Assembly: GCA_014846175.1 (NCBI GenBank)
Contig: RKAV01000041.1
Coordinates: forward strand, 1-58,939
Source: a bacterium
GTDB taxonomy: Bacteria; Bacillota_I; Bacilli_A; RF39; UBA660
DNA: 58,939 bases
Direction of reading: 5' to 3'
The notes under the pieces were generated by a model. That model had not been told where the DNA came from and ran no database searches. It worked only from the letters and a program-made list of their open reading frames with translations. Both the position numbers and the translations under genes were made by a program. Of this stretch, positions 57,414-58,939 are shown one piece after another (the first letter of the stretch is position 1; the number at the start of each line of letters is the position of its first letter).

Positions 57414-58032
57414 AAAACCACTCCAATAAATCCATTACTTCTTTTTTAATACCCATTTTATCTGCATACTTATAAAGTTTAACAAGATCTTTATCTTTTC
57501 TCTTAATATATTCTCTTAAACTATATTTAATATGTTCATTATCCATTCTTTTTTTAGACCTTATAATATCACATATACATCTTTCAATATCATACACTCT
57601 AACAATATTTCCAAATGGTGTTTTGACTTCTGTTAATCCTAATTCATATATATCATCAGAAACATAAAACACATTATGATTTTTCAACTTAATACTATTA
57701 TAATTTTTCTTAACAGTTACATCATATTTACTATCAGGAACTTTTATAGAAAGTCCATGAAAGTACAATGCAGTCATATGAGAATATATAATACCTGGCA
57801 AATTCAAATTAAGTACATAATAAGAATCTGGAAATTTATTAACATCAAGATATATTCCATTATCAAGTTTTTCTATTATTCCTCTATCTAACATAATATT
57901 AAGGTAGATTCTATGAATACCTAATTCAGTTAATTGCTTAGATGTAATGTATCCATTATTAATCTTCATAAGTTCTTGTATTATCTCAATATTACTTTGA
58001 TCTTTAAACTCTTTTATAGTCATCTTTTCCAT
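57406..58032 (-). CDS. AbiEi-like (type IV TA antitoxin-family) wHTH regulator
   Basis: The N-terminus IIQELMKINNGYITSKQLTELGIHRIYLNIMLDRGIIEKLDNGIYLD fits the AbiEi_4 N-terminal domain pattern. The ATG at 58032 has better RBS spacing than 58038. Confidence 0.65.
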   Translation of the reverse strand: MEKMTIKEFKDQSNIEIIQELMKINNGYITSKQLTELGIHRIYLNIMLDRGIIEKLDNGIYLDVNKFPDSYYVLNLNLPGIIYSHMTALYFHGLSIKVPDSKYDVTVKKNYNSIKLKNHNVFYVSDDIYELGLTEVKTPFGNIVRVYDIERCICDIIRSKKRMDNEHIKYSLREYIKRKDKDLVKLYKYADKMGIKKEVMDLLEWFYE

Positions 58033-58207
58033 ATACATTCTCCTTTTGACTTTTACACCTTTATTTTATATTTTATCAGTATAAATGTCAATATCATTAT
58101 AAAAATAAAATACTAATAATTTATATAAAAATTAGTATTTTTTTAAATTTACATACCTAGCTTAGTACCTAAAAATATTTAATAGGTTTAAACACTTTAA
58201 AATAAGC

Positions 58208-58232
58208 AAAAAAAGTGGAGCCTTTCGGCTCC
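58208..58232 (-). terminator. Strong rho-independent terminator (GAAA tetraloop)
   Basis: The minus strand reads GGAGCC-GAAA-GGCTCC followed by ACTTTTTTT. Confidence 0.7.
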
Positions 58233-58356
58233 TTCAGGGGGCGGTTAGAATTCACGTACTTCAAAGTTTATATAAATACTTTTTCGTTTATTTAAAAGGA
58301 TTTAAAAGTAAATAAAATAACTAAATATTATAAGAATTTTAAATTCTTGGTAGTTG

Positions 58357-58393
58357 AAAAGGTAGTTGAGATATTTCTTAACTACCTTTTTTT
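58357..58393. terminator. Bidirectional terminator downstream of the right-edge gene
   Basis: Stem AGGTAGTT / AACTACCT, with A4 before and T7 after. Confidence 0.55.
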
Positions 58394-58435
58394 ATGACAA
58401 GATGACAATATTACTGATGGTGCCTCAAACAAGTG

Positions 58436-58939
58436 TCATTTTGTCATTTTTTCTTCTTTAAACTCATTTATTAATGCTATAAATTCATCATCAGACATTT
58501 TTACATATATTCTACTACAGTATTTTTTTTGGAATAACATCACATTATGTACTGATAAACCACAATTTTTAATTATTAATATTTTCCTTTTTCTAGTTGC
58601 TTTTTTATCCTTATTATTTTTAAAAAATATTCTAATAAATAGTACTTCATATTTTGAATACAACTCTATTAAATATTCTAATGGTATAATTAATATTAAA
58701 TATACAATTGGAATCATGAAACTTATAAAAGTATTCAAAACATTTAATTCTTTATACTCTCTTAATCCAAGTTTAAAAGTTTCATAAAAGAACCAAATAC
58801 TAATAATTACAAATATTGTTTGCATAAACTTATGTACAATTTTGTATTCTTCTTTTCTTTCAGCAACAGCATCAACTAATTCTTCAAAATTATCTTCACC
58901 AATGTACTTTATGAGTTCTTGTGGTTCTGATTTAATTTT
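58436..58939 (-). CDS. Membrane protein of unknown function, C-terminal part (ORF open to the right edge)
   Basis: The 38 codons upstream of the track ATG (58825) are in frame and stop-free to 58939 (KIKSEPQELIKYIGEDNFEELVDAVAERKEEYKIVHKF-MQT...). There are two TM segments. Confidence 0.55.
   Translation of the reverse strand, partial: KIKSEPQELIKYIGEDNFEELVDAVAERKEEYKIVHKFMQTIFVIISIWFFYETFKLGLREYKELNVLNTFISFMIPIVYLILIIPLEYLIELYSKYEVLFIRIFFKNNKDKKATRKRKILIIKNCGLSVHNVMLFQKKYCSRIYVKMSDDEFIALINEFKEEKMTK

Noticed and set aside
8635-57891. Many 60-130-aa ORFs in the track lie antisense inside long, well-supported genes. Examples are 8635..8829, 11717..11974, 12125..12310, 13951..14181, 17177..17365, 18814..19035, 28838..29026, 32399..32599, 34951..35241 and 35869..36054. 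Further examples are 44163..44447, 45285..45506, 46400..46615, 46789..47139, 47191..47589, 48013..48264, 48970..49263, 50089..50301, 52830..53081, 55769..55969, 57063..57251, 57155..57355, 57676..57891 and 57934..58116.
   Set aside because: These are shadow ORFs typical of AT-rich DNA. Their translations are low-complexity (Ile/Leu/Ser/Phe-rich), they have no RBS, and each is fully or largely embedded in a gene with clear family motifs on the other strand.
49319-58244. The 8-mer AGGGGGCG (CGCCCCCT on the minus strand) occurs at 49319..49326 and 58236..58243, roughly flanking the accessory region. I considered attL/attR direct repeats.
   Set aside because: Identity does not extend beyond the 8-mer. 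The left copy is explained as part of the copA promoter/operator, and the island appears to continue past the right copy.
1-58939. CRISPR arrays, rRNA genes, intact IS elements or integrases, reverse transcriptases (retron/DGR), and alternative genetic code (UGA = Trp).
   Set aside because: I saw no regularly spaced direct repeats, no rRNA-like G+C-rich stretch and no transposase, integrase or RT motifs in any frame listed. TGA is used as a genuine stop, for example at the end of the 66-aa zinc-ribbon ORF, and long ORFs are intact under code 11.

Overview
AT-rich (by eye about 25-30% G+C), standard genetic code, almost entirely minus-strand coding. It looks like the chromosome of a low-GC spore-forming Firmicute, of Erysipelotrichia or Clostridia type. 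Positions 1-49.3 kb are mainly core genes: yqeG-yqeH-dnaG-sigA-trmK, ldh, a NatAB-like ABC pair, pyruvate:ferredoxin oxidoreductase, a thioester-domain (TQXA) surface adhesin, a heterodimeric ABC exporter, a two-component system, a ClpX paralogue, two tandem CotY/CotZ-type Cys-rich spore proteins, a SEDS protein, tRNA-Ala and tRNA-His, hsp20, an alarmone synthetase, divIVA/sepF, rhomboid, a solo HerA-like ATPase, yqeK, an orphan histidine kinase, htpG, Fic, ttcA/cysteine desulfurase and copZ-copA. From about 49.34 kb to the right edge the content becomes accessory and defence-like. It holds an orphan Dam methylase, an 871-aa ORFan and a two-gene ORFan cassette (58 aa + 297 aa) bracketed by a 27/28-identical hairpin. 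It also holds a split OLD-family pair (ABC-type ATPase + RloB/TOPRIM, AbiL/PARIS-like) and an AbiEi-like regulator coupled to two small proteins instead of an AbiEii toxin. Regulatory signals read directly from the sequence are CIRCE-like operators of identical architecture at hsp20 and htpG, two tandem perfect Spo0A boxes upstream of the orphan kinase, and a consensus copA promoter overlapped by a C/G-tract operator. Two small-RNA candidates are also reported. All family assignments come from motif recognition by eye; no database search was run.
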